NCBI GenBank assembly: GCA_050246315.1
Contig: JBFWWG010000009.1
Coordinates: 1-64,000 of the forward strand
DNA length: 64,000 nt
Reading direction: 5' to 3'
From: Nitrospiraceae bacterium
GTDB lineage: Bacteria > Nitrospirota > Nitrospiria > Nitrospirales > Nitrospiraceae
Positions 20,637 through 29,181 of this stretch are shown here, in pieces. The notes below the pieces were generated by a model. That model did not search any database. It was not told the origin of the DNA and worked only from the letters and a program-made list of their open reading frames with translations. The position numbers were made by a program, and so were the translations under genes. Every line of letters begins with the position of its first letter. Position 1 is the first letter of the stretch.

Positions 20637-21317
20637 TCACTCGAAGCATGGACCGATTTCGTTGCGCCCCTGCTCCACATAGAAGGCCGCCGCCTGGGAG
20701 CGCCGGGTAATACCGAGCTTGTCGTACATGTTCGCGAGATAGTTTTTGACGGTCTTCTCGCTCAAGTTCATCGTGACCGCGATTTCCTTGTTGGTCTTGC
20801 CTTGAGCCACGAGAGGGAGAATACGTTCTTCCTGAGGAGACAGGCGCCGGACGTTGGTGGTCGCTTGTTTGACGGCGCGATTCCGCAACCACGAGAGCGT
20901 TCGCTTGGCTACCGTGGGATCGAGCAGGGATTCTCCCGACGCGACGGACCGGATGGTCTCGACCAACGCAGTGGTCCGGATGTCCTTGAGTACATAGCCG
21001 TGCGCGCCGGCCAGGACGGCGGCGCGCACCGTGTCCTCGTCCGCATAGCTCGTGAGGAATAGCACGTGCGTCTGCGGGCAGGCCGACAGGATCTCCCGGC
21101 AGACGTCGATGCCGCTGCGGTCGGGTAGGCGGATGTCGAGTAAGACGACATCGGGCTGCACGCGCGCGGCTTCAGCCAACCCGCCGGCCGCAGTGTCCGA
21201 TGTTCCGACCACTCGGATGTCCGAGGCCAATTGGAGCACGCTCCGAATCCCGGCCAGGACGACCTCGTGATCATCGACGACGAGGACGGAGATGGCGCGC
21301 GGTTTGCCCTTATTCAT
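20637..21317 (-). CDS. NarL/LuxR-family response regulator (DevR-like)
   Basis: VVDDHEVV, LLDIRLPD, HTH GKTNKEIA...LSEKTVKNY. Confidence 0.95.
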   Translation of the reverse strand: MNKGKPRAISVLVVDDHEVVLAGIRSVLQLASDIRVVGTSDTAAGGLAEAARVQPDVVLLDIRLPDRSGIDVCREILSACPQTHVLFLTSYADEDTVRAAVLAGAHGYVLKDIRTTALVETIRSVASGESLLDPTVAKRTLSWLRNRAVKQATTNVRRLSPQEERILPLVAQGKTNKEIAVTMNLSEKTVKNYLANMYDKLGITRRSQAAAFYVEQGRNEIGPCFE

Positions 21318-24027
21318 GTGGACCTCTCTGCGGGAGTTCGATCACGACCCTGGTCCCGCTCCCGACGCGCGACCGCACGAGAATCCGACCGCCCATCCTC
21401 GACGCGCGCGCCGTCATATTCTTCAGGCCGAAGCCGGAGGGCTTGGTCGTTGCCGGATCGAAGCCCGAGCCGTTGTCTTGTATTTCGAGCCGGACTCCGC
21501 TGCGATGCCGGCGGAGGCCGATGCGCACCTCGCGGGCCCGTCCGTGCCGGATGGAATTACTGACCGCTTCGCGAGCCAGGTTCAACAGGTGCAGGCGTTG
21601 CTGCTGCGTGAGCGGCGCGACCGCCCGGAGAGACACCTGCACGGCAAATTGGGTCTGGCGGGAACTGCCATACACGGCGACCATGGACTTGAGCGCCTCT
21701 TTGAACCGGCCGCCTTCCAGCGAATCGAAGTGTAATCCGGTGATGAATCCACGCACTTCTTCGATCGTGCGGTTGAGTTGCGCGATCGAATGTACGAACT
21801 CTCGCTTGGCCTTGCGCGGAGCGACCTTCAGGAGTCGGCCGGCCGTATCGAGTCCCAGGCCGATGCCGTAGAGGGATTGCAGAATGCCATCATGCAGATC
21901 CTGGCTGAGCCGCTCGCGGTCCTCCAACGCGAGGCGCAGATTTTCTTCGCTCCGGCGGAGCGCCTGCTCACCGGCCCGACGCTCGGTGATGTCGGTGGCG
22001 ATGACAAGGACTTGATCGGCCACCCCGTGTTCGTTGATGAGCGGCCGTTTCACGGTCTGCAACCAGCGGACTTTCCCGGTCGAATCGGTGAGCGGCTCGT
22101 CTCGGATGAAGATCTCCGCTCCGGTGTCGAAGACGCGCAGATCCATGTCTCGGATGTGTGCCAGTTCCGTTCGGTTGAGGGTAAAGTCCGCGTCCGTTCG
22201 GCCCACCAACGATTCGACCGAGGTCCCATAGGCGTCGGCCACTGCTTGGTTGGCCAAGGTGAACCGACCATCCCGATCCTTGGCCAGGACAAAATTGGGA
22301 CTCAGATCGATGACCTGGCGGAGGAAGGCCCGCTGCTTGCGCAGGGAGGCTTCCGCCTCTTTGCGCGATGTAATTTCTTCGAGGATGCCGAAAATGCTCG
22401 TGATCCGGCCGTTCTGATCCCGGGAGACGGCGGGCCACAGGCTGAGATCGATCAGGCGTCCGTCCTTGCGTTGTCGCCGCAGCTCGATGCCCGGTTGAAG
22501 GAGTCCCGCGAGACCCTGCTCCCACATGGCATCGGCCTCATGTTCCATGCCGGACGGTACGTAGGGGAGTTCGCGTCCTAGGACTTCCTGTTCCGACCAT
22601 CCGAATATCCGTTCCGCCGCCGGATTCCATCGTATCACACGGCCCTGCTCATTCAGGCTCACGATGGCCAGGGGAGCGAGACGGACCAACGTTTCGAGTT
22701 GGTCGGTCGTGTTCCGCAATTGATCCTCGGCGCGCCGCCGTTCCGCCTCCGCCTGTTCGAATTCAGTCACGTCCCTGCAGTCGATGAGCGCGACGGGAGC
22801 ACCGGCGGCATCCTTGATGACACGCACCGTTTCCTCGACCCAGAGTTCCGTGCGGTCTTTCCTGATCTTTCGGAGCTTCCAGTGATGGATCTCGTGCGGA
22901 ACCTGAAAGGCTCGGGCCAACGCCGCTCCTGCAGGTCCCTGTTGGTCCTTGGGAAATACCTGGAGTACGGAACGGCCGATCAGCTCCTGCGGCTCGAATC
23001 CCAGTTGGTGGGCTCCGAATCGATTGACCGAGAGAACGGACCCGGTTTGGTCCACGGTGAAGTACATCGACGGCATGTCCTCGTACAGGGTCCGGAGCTG
23101 TTCTTCGCTGAGACGAAGCGCGGCGTTGGCGGACTCCAGTCGCTTGGTACGCTCGACCACTCTGGCTTCGAGTTCACGGTTCGTGCGGCGCAGTTCCTCC
23201 TCCGCGTTCGCGGCTGCCGTGATATCACGGGAGATGACGGCGATCGCCTCGACGGTTCCATCCGGGGCTCGAAGCGGAGAATAGCGCACCGCCATATATT
23301 TCCGGCCGATCGACCGGAAGGCAAACCAGGCATCATAGGCGACTTCTTCTCCCTTCAAGCACCGGTCGAGGTGGGGTTTGACCAGATTCGTAAACGTATC
23401 TTGACCTAGGACGTCGGCAACGTGGGCGCCGAGCACTCGTTCCTCCGGCATCCCATGTGCCAGCAGATACATGGGATTCACCCGCCTGTAGCGATAATCC
23501 GACCCGACGATCGAAATAAGGTCCGGCGCGATCTCCATAAGCCGCTGGGCGAAGCGGTGCTGGTCGTCCTGCTCCTTCCGTCGATGGGTGAGATCGCGGA
23601 AAACGCCGATCGCGCCGGCTCTGGCTCCGTTCCGATCGACGAGGGCGAACATCGAGACGTCGAGAGAAATCGTGCGTCCGCGCTTGGTCCGCGCCACGAT
23701 TTCGCCACGGAACTGATGGTCGTGCGCGAGACGCCGGCCCACGGCGGCGAAGGCCGGTTGGCCCATGAAGAGGGCGGGCGTGCGGCCGGACAGATCCTCA
23801 TCGGAATATTCGAGGAGGTCGGCATGGGCTGGATTCTGTTCCAGATACCGGTCTTGGTCGTCGAGCACGACCATCGGATCGATCGATTGGATGAACAGTG
23901 CACGGTACCGATCTCGGACGTCGGAGGGAGAGGGTTGCGAGAGGCGCTCTTCCAACTCAGCGATGCGGTTGCGGAGCCGGTGGACTTCGACGGCGAGCGG
24001 ATCCTCCACTGGCTGTGAAGGGGCCAT
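21310..24027 (-). CDS. Multi-PAS sensor histidine kinase, HisKA_3 (NarX-like)
   Basis: Several PAS repeats; ERLSQDLHDGILQSL; EAVSNSIRH; DNGSGF; GFGLKNM; ATG 24027 has AAGGGAG SD. Confidence 0.93.
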   Translation of the reverse strand: MAPSQPVEDPLAVEVHRLRNRIAELEERLSQPSPSDVRDRYRALFIQSIDPMVVLDDQDRYLEQNPAHADLLEYSDEDLSGRTPALFMGQPAFAAVGRRLAHDHQFRGEIVARTKRGRTISLDVSMFALVDRNGARAGAIGVFRDLTHRRKEQDDQHRFAQRLMEIAPDLISIVGSDYRYRRVNPMYLLAHGMPEERVLGAHVADVLGQDTFTNLVKPHLDRCLKGEEVAYDAWFAFRSIGRKYMAVRYSPLRAPDGTVEAIAVISRDITAAANAEEELRRTNRELEARVVERTKRLESANAALRLSEEQLRTLYEDMPSMYFTVDQTGSVLSVNRFGAHQLGFEPQELIGRSVLQVFPKDQQGPAGAALARAFQVPHEIHHWKLRKIRKDRTELWVEETVRVIKDAAGAPVALIDCRDVTEFEQAEAERRRAEDQLRNTTDQLETLVRLAPLAIVSLNEQGRVIRWNPAAERIFGWSEQEVLGRELPYVPSGMEHEADAMWEQGLAGLLQPGIELRRQRKDGRLIDLSLWPAVSRDQNGRITSIFGILEEITSRKEAEASLRKQRAFLRQVIDLSPNFVLAKDRDGRFTLANQAVADAYGTSVESLVGRTDADFTLNRTELAHIRDMDLRVFDTGAEIFIRDEPLTDSTGKVRWLQTVKRPLINEHGVADQVLVIATDITERRAGEQALRRSEENLRLALEDRERLSQDLHDGILQSLYGIGLGLDTAGRLLKVAPRKAKREFVHSIAQLNRTIEEVRGFITGLHFDSLEGGRFKEALKSMVAVYGSSRQTQFAVQVSLRAVAPLTQQQRLHLLNLAREAVSNSIRHGRAREVRIGLRRHRSGVRLEIQDNGSGFDPATTKPSGFGLKNMTARASRMGGRILVRSRVGSGTRVVIELPQRGPHE

Positions 24028-24216
24028 GGCTAACTCCCTTGCGATGGACGCTCGGGGCACCATCACGAGCGCCCCGGCGCTGGTTCGGGAACAGGGAGAG
24101 GGTGGACTATACCGGATGCGACGGTCAAGGTCGCCAGAGAGATTTGTCCCCAGCAATCTGTCCGAGCCATGGCGGCTGCTCCTGTCGCGAAGGCGGACCT
24201 GGACGGACTCCCCGGA

Positions 24217-24675
24217 TCAGTTGGAAAGGGGCGTCTCGAACGATTCGAGGATGGAGCTGGATGCCTGCCGGCAGATCCCGTGCCCGTCTTCCGTCGCCTT
24301 GGTGGCATACTCCTGCCGTACCACCTCGACGAATGTTTGGAGCTCGAATGGCTTCGCAATCGTGCGATGAAATCCGTTCGCGCCGTTCAGGTGAGGGGAG
24401 TACTCCGGCTCTGCTCGACCGGGGTCGCCCGAGAGGAGGATAAAACGGGCACGGGTCTGCGGGAATTCATGCTTGAATCGCTGGAGCGTGGTCGGCCCGT
24501 CCCACTCCGGCATGGACAGATCGAGCAAGACGACGTCAACCGCCTCGGTCCGGTAACGCTCGAGCGCCTCCCGTCCGGTCGAGGCCTCGTAGACCTGAAA
24601 TCCTTCCCGCTCCAGTGAGAACCGGATCAACCCTCGAAGTGGCTCCAGATCATCGACGATCAAGACGGAAGGCAT
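24217..24675 (-). CDS. Single-domain response regulator (CheY-like)
   Basis: VLIVDD, LLDLSMPEWDG, AKPF; ATG 24675 has AAGGAG SD. Confidence 0.9.
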   Translation of the reverse strand: MPSVLIVDDLEPLRGLIRFSLEREGFQVYEASTGREALERYRTEAVDVVLLDLSMPEWDGPTTLQRFKHEFPQTRARFILLSGDPGRAEPEYSPHLNGANGFHRTIAKPFELQTFVEVVRQEYATKATEDGHGICRQASSSILESFETPLSN

Positions 24676-24932
24676 CGCGCAATCGCTCCTTCGTCTGCAG
24701 GACCGGCGTGGCAATCCTCGACCACCGGCTTCCCCCGCAATGATGGCACTGTACCATCTTCGCAGGCGATCACGTAGGGAAAGAAGGCGGTGGCCGACGA
24801 AAGAAAATGGTCCTATTCCTTAGGGCACGGATGGAGTCGGGTTTGACTCTTGCGTGGCAAATCCCTAAGCTGCGAGACCAGTCTTTGATGCGCCACCGGC
24901 ACCGGAACGATCAATAAAGACGGGGATGAACG

Positions 24933-25709
24933 ATGATGAGGCTAAGAAAGGCAAAGGTAATTATACCCATGCTGCTCTTGGTTTGTACAGGGGGTTGTTC
25001 AAGCGGGCCGTCTCGAGGACCCTTCGGGCCGGACGACTCCGAGACAGCGATCACGAAAACTCCGTTGCCTGCCGTCGTTCCACCGGTGCATCGGCTTCAG
25101 TTCGACGATGCCGGCAATGGAGAGTTGATGAGGCCGCGTGGGGGAGGCCAACCTGGCGCCTCAATGGTCGCCTCGTCAAGCGCTGGCGCGGCGTCCGACG
25201 AAGAGGTCATCTCTCGCCTTCAGGCTGCGGCGCTGGCCGATCCACGGGTGCAGGCGGCGTTGGGCGACCGGTTCAGATTGATCGAGACCGACACGGTCGA
25301 GCCGAAATCATCGATGTCCGGATGTTGTCCCGCTCCCAGCCGTCCGAGCCGGCTGCTGTTTTACAGCTATGCGGCTAATACGAGCGTCGAGGTGTTGCTG
25401 CGGGAGGATCGAGTCATTGCCGTCACGCCGCAGCCCGGCTATCAGCCGTCTGAAACCGAAGAGGAAGTGGCGGAGGCCGTTTCCCTGGCGAAGCAAGATC
25501 GACGGTTGGCGGGCAAGGTGGACGGATTAGACGGGCATGGTCTCCTGACTCAGCCGGCGCGCGGGTGGTTGTGGGATGATGCCGGGCAAGGCCATCGCGT
25601 GATCTGGGTCACCTTTTCCAAAGGGCGGGAGGGGCGGCCGCTCTATGGGGCGCTCGTCGATCTGAGCGCCCACAAGGTCCTCAGTGCTCGCGAAGAACCA
25701 TCGAATTAA
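24933..25709 (+). CDS. Lipoprotein resembling the N-terminal (D2/D3) domains of copper amine oxidases
   Basis: Lipobox-like TGGC; YQPSETEEEVAEAVSLAKQD resembles the QP-x-T-x-EE helix of CAO D3; C-terminal ALVDLSAHKV. Confidence 0.65.
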   Translation: MMRLRKAKVIIPMLLLVCTGGCSSGPSRGPFGPDDSETAITKTPLPAVVPPVHRLQFDDAGNGELMRPRGGGQPGASMVASSSAGAASDEEVISRLQAAALADPRVQAALGDRFRLIETDTVEPKSSMSGCCPAPSRPSRLLFYSYAANTSVEVLLREDRVIAVTPQPGYQPSETEEEVAEAVSLAKQDRRLAGKVDGLDGHGLLTQPARGWLWDDAGQGHRVIWVTFSKGREGRPLYGALVDLSAHKVLSAREEPSN

Positions 25710-25718
25710 GGTGAACCC

Positions 25719-26705
25719 ATGAAACGAATCAAGATCGGCGTCATGGTCGCCATGGTGCTCGGGTTATCGTTGCTGCCGGGGGCTCAGGTCTCGGCGGAAC
25801 CGTCAAGCGGACATCTGGACTGGGAGTCGTGGGCGCTCGACTGGGAGGTCAACGGTACGACGGGGTTGGCACTGCGCCACGTTGCCTATCGGGGCGATCT
25901 CATTCTCGGCAAGGCCAGCATGCCGGTCCTGCGCGTCAAATACGACAAGGAGCGTGTCTGGTGGAATCCGTTTTCCTGGTTTGGATCGCGCGAGGAAACC
26001 GGCCGCTGCGGACCATTCCAGGACCGGCTCTCCTGGACCAACAGCATTCCGATTGCCGCTTGCGACGGCAAGAAGGTCTGTGCGAGGGAACATACCATCG
26101 ATGGCCTCAAGTGGCTGGAGCTGGGGATCTATGCGCGGATCGGAGAGTACCATATCTATCAAGCCTGGTACGTCTCGGCGGACGGCGAGATTCATCCGAT
26201 TGTGCAGAGCCGAGGCCTGTCCTGCGTCACCAATCATGTGCACCATCCCTATTGGCGTCTCGATTTTGACGTGGCCGGCCGGGGGTTGGACCAGGTCTTT
26301 GTTCGCAATGACGGGGCGCCGGATGAAGGCTGGGGGCCGGGCTGGCACAAGTATACGAATGAACTGAACACGTTCAAACAGGGTGCGACCAACCGTGTCT
26401 GGTTCGTGCGGGATTATCCGACCGGAAAGGGCGTCTGGGTGATGCCCGGATACGGCTATGAACCGATCAAGGATGACGGCGCGCGAGATGAGTTTTCGGA
26501 TCGGGATGTATCGATCAGGCGGGCCCGTGCGGACGAAGATCTACCCTGGATGTTTGGTGCAAGGGGAGATCTCGCTTATGATCAGGATCACGAAGGGGTT
26601 CAGGAGCAGGATATCCTGTTCTGGTATGTGGCGCATCTCGCCCATCCGGCGGCAATGGGTCCCACCGCCTGGCTGGCTGTCGGGCCTGTCATCCGCGTGC
26701 AGTAA
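25719..26705 (+). CDS. Exported copper-amine-oxidase-like catalytic (D4) domain protein
   Basis: Signal peptide; WESW...GLALRHVAY...KASMP; GEYHIYQAWY..DGEI; HVHHPYWRLDFDV; DILFWYVAHLAH. Confidence 0.75.
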   Translation: MKRIKIGVMVAMVLGLSLLPGAQVSAEPSSGHLDWESWALDWEVNGTTGLALRHVAYRGDLILGKASMPVLRVKYDKERVWWNPFSWFGSREETGRCGPFQDRLSWTNSIPIAACDGKKVCAREHTIDGLKWLELGIYARIGEYHIYQAWYVSADGEIHPIVQSRGLSCVTNHVHHPYWRLDFDVAGRGLDQVFVRNDGAPDEGWGPGWHKYTNELNTFKQGATNRVWFVRDYPTGKGVWVMPGYGYEPIKDDGARDEFSDRDVSIRRARADEDLPWMFGARGDLAYDQDHEGVQEQDILFWYVAHLAHPAAMGPTAWLAVGPVIRVQ

Positions 26706-26808
26706 TCACTTGTCCCTGCGGCGAAAAAGTACCGGAGGGGGCAAATGTCGCGTGATCTCTCCTCTTGGCGTCATAGCTCCCGTTCGATTAACGACTTGAA
26801 GTGCCAGG

Positions 26809-26930
26809 AGGACGTTCAAAAAGGCGGTCCAGCGAGGCCGCAGTGAGCGAAGGGTCGAGGCGCACTTGTCTCGGTGCGTTGAGGCCCTGAGCGATGCGAG
26901 AACAAAGCTGGCGGGTTTTTTCAACATCCT
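26809..26930. mobile_element. MITE-like repeat family 1, copy 2 (reverse orientation)
   Basis: AGGACGTTCAAAAAG ... TTTTTTCAACATCCT; reverse complement aligns with 142-267; lies between convergent genes beside CTAG 26933-26936. Confidence 0.8.
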
Positions 26931-26932
26931 CC

Positions 26933-27457
26933 CTAGGCGGCGGCCACCTTCAGCCCCACTTTCAGGGCTACCTTCGTCAGCGCGATCGCACCGTCCAGTA
27001 TGGCCGCTTTGCGTTTCTGCGAGCCTGTGTCCAGGACGGCCCGCTCCAGCAGTCGGTTGTATTCGTCCACATCGGCTTGGCTGAACGAGATCACCCTCTG
27101 CACCGTCGCATCGTAGGTGTTTGCCATGACCTGGTAGAGCTTAGCCCGGTGGGCGTGAAAGAGGCCCACGAGTTCGGGCTCGTCGCTGAACAGCATGATC
27201 TTCTTCCCATTCTCCCCGATTTCTTGCAGGATCTTCTCCTGGGTCGCTCGGATGTCCTCGTCCTTTTCGACGGCAAACTTGGTCTGACCCAAGTTCTTGA
27301 TCAGATCTTCCGTATCGCTGCGGGATACTTCCAGGCGGTTAGCGAGCTTCTGTAGCTCGCTGAAGGAACCCTCGCCGGCCTCCGCCACGTCCTTGATCAG
27401 TTTGTCGTTGCCTCTCATAAAGTTGACCACACCTTCGAGCGAGCGGGTGATGCTCAT
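26933..27457 (-). CDS. Hypothetical alpha-helical protein
   Basis: ORF 26933-27463; ATG 27457 preferred because GGAGG lies 7 nt upstream; no signal peptide, no recognised motif. Confidence 0.75.
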   Translation of the reverse strand: MSITRSLEGVVNFMRGNDKLIKDVAEAGEGSFSELQKLANRLEVSRSDTEDLIKNLGQTKFAVEKDEDIRATQEKILQEIGENGKKIMLFSDEPELVGLFHAHRAKLYQVMANTYDATVQRVISFSQADVDEYNRLLERAVLDTGSQKRKAAILDGAIALTKVALKVGLKVAAA

Positions 27458-27471
27458 GGCCATCCCTCCAT

Positions 27472-27785
27472 ACCAACCTTCGGTTGAACCGGCGGCTCAT
27501 CGGGCGCAGCCCTTCTTGATTAACGCCGCCGGAGACACACCGCCAGTGATTGAGTTGTTTCTGCTTTCACCAACCTTCGGTTGAACCGGCTCATCGGGCG
27601 CAGCCCTTCTTGATTAACGCCGCCGGAGACACACCGCCAGTGATTGAGTTGTTTCTGCTTTCACCAACCTTCGGTTGAACCGGCTCATCGGGCGAAGCCC
27701 CTCTATACCAAGCTACGCTTGTAGCGCGGGCTCTTCAGACCCAGCCTTCTTCATCGACGCCCGCGGAGAACTCCCTCCAGTGATT
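27472..27785 (-). repeat. Array 1 of structured ~78-nt repeat units (units 27707-27785, 27663-27706 half, 27569-27645, 27472-27551)
   Basis: Near-exact 94-97 nt tandem duplication plus a diverged unit; minus-strand consensus AATCACTGG...stem-hairpin-stem...GGTTCAA[CCGAAGG/GCGTAGC]TTGGT. Confidence 0.92.
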
Positions 27786-27795
27786 CGTCTTGTCC

Positions 27796-28497
27796 TCAAT
27801 CTTTCTTCATCCGCTCCAGCAGTTCGACTAAATCCATCGTCAGGGAGCGGGTGGATTCGAGTGTCCGTCCGCGCAGGAATGAGAAGTTCAGAGCTTCGTC
27901 CAGGGCGTCGTTCACGCTGCGGGAGGTTTGCAGCACCCTGGCGATCTGGTCGGACGAACCGGGCGCCTGTTCCGCCAACGCGGCGACGAACTGTGGGTCC
28001 ACGGAGGCGAACACCGATTGCTCGGCATAGCGACGGAGCTGTTGGTGCAGGGTCCCCAAGGATTTCCAGGAGTCGCCGAGCCTGGCCGCCACTTGCTGCA
28101 GGGCGCAAAAGTCCTCGTGGAACTGGTCGTTCACCCGCTTCTGCAGCCCCTCGTACTGAGCGAGATAGAGCGCGCCGAGCAGGTAGGCGGCCGAATGGGC
28201 GTCTTGCCCCCGCTTCTGCTCGATATTCCGATAGGAGGAAAACACGACATGGTGAACGGCTTCCACCTTCTGGAGTTCCTTTCCCGCAGCGTTGAGCTCC
28301 TCGAGCGCTTTCTGGAGATATCCAATCCGCTCGTCCGTCTGCTTCTCGAAGAGATTGATGTTGGTTTGAGCTCGATCGATCGTCGAGCCTTCTTTGTGGA
28401 TCAGCTCACGGACGGCTCCGCTGCGAATGGCCGAGCAGCCGGTGGCCAGGGCCAAGAGCGAAAGAGCCATGATGAGGGTGACGGATCGTGTCGGCAT
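27796..28497 (-). CDS. Hypothetical helical lipoprotein
   Basis: MPTRSVTLIMALSLLALATGC lipobox; AAGGGAG SD; coiled-coil-like composition. Confidence 0.8.
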   Translation of the reverse strand: MPTRSVTLIMALSLLALATGCSAIRSGAVRELIHKEGSTIDRAQTNINLFEKQTDERIGYLQKALEELNAAGKELQKVEAVHHVVFSSYRNIEQKRGQDAHSAAYLLGALYLAQYEGLQKRVNDQFHEDFCALQQVAARLGDSWKSLGTLHQQLRRYAEQSVFASVDPQFVAALAEQAPGSSDQIARVLQTSRSVNDALDEALNFSFLRGRTLESTRSLTMDLVELLERMKKD

Positions 28498-28526
28498 GGC
28501 AGTCTCCCTTCTCGTGATCGGCCTAC

Positions 28527-29168
28527 TCAACGGGCCGCCTTGACGGCTTCAGCCAGTTGTCTGATGTCGTCCGACTTCACGGTGACATCGATGTCCAAGT
28601 ATTCCTTTACCGTGGCGTTGATGCGGCGGAGCGCCGCGATGTTGGTCCGGTAATCGTCATAGGCACCGGTGTCGAGGGGGCGCACTAGGGCCTGGTAACT
28701 CTTTTCGACCGAGGCGTCGATCAAGGCAACCAAGCCGGGTAAGGCCTGCACAAGACCGCTCATCGTGCCCGTGCCTTTCGTGAAGACGGGCTGATTGTTC
28801 GGACCGGACCGTGCCGGCAACTCGGCCAATCGTATGTCGTTCACAAGCTTGACGACCTCAGGTCCCAACTCCTGTGCAGCCGTTTCCGCCCGGAGCTGCT
28901 GCTTCGCGGCCGCATCGGATGGAAAAGGATCGGTCGTGGCCCACTTCAATGCCAGGCTGAGTTTCAGTCGGGTTTCGATCAGTTGATGCCAGGATGCGAA
29001 CCGGTGGTTTACGTTCTCCAGCAGCTCCCGGTACTGCTCCATGAGCCGCGCGTTCTCTTGGTAGGCCTGGTCCTTTGCGACCAAGGCCTGTTTCACTTCG
29101 GGGGGTGTCGCGCATCCGGAGAGCAGGCCCAACAGAAGGCCGGCTGTGAATAGACGAGTGGGTGTCAT
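28527..29168 (-). CDS. Hypothetical helical lipoprotein
   Basis: MTPTRLFTAGLLLGLLSGC lipobox; GGAGG SD 6 nt upstream of ATG 29168. Confidence 0.8.
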   Translation of the reverse strand: MTPTRLFTAGLLLGLLSGCATPPEVKQALVAKDQAYQENARLMEQYRELLENVNHRFASWHQLIETRLKLSLALKWATTDPFPSDAAAKQQLRAETAAQELGPEVVKLVNDIRLAELPARSGPNNQPVFTKGTGTMSGLVQALPGLVALIDASVEKSYQALVRPLDTGAYDDYRTNIAALRRINATVKEYLDIDVTVKSDDIRQLAEAVKAAR

Positions 29169-29181
29169 AGTTGTCCTCCAT

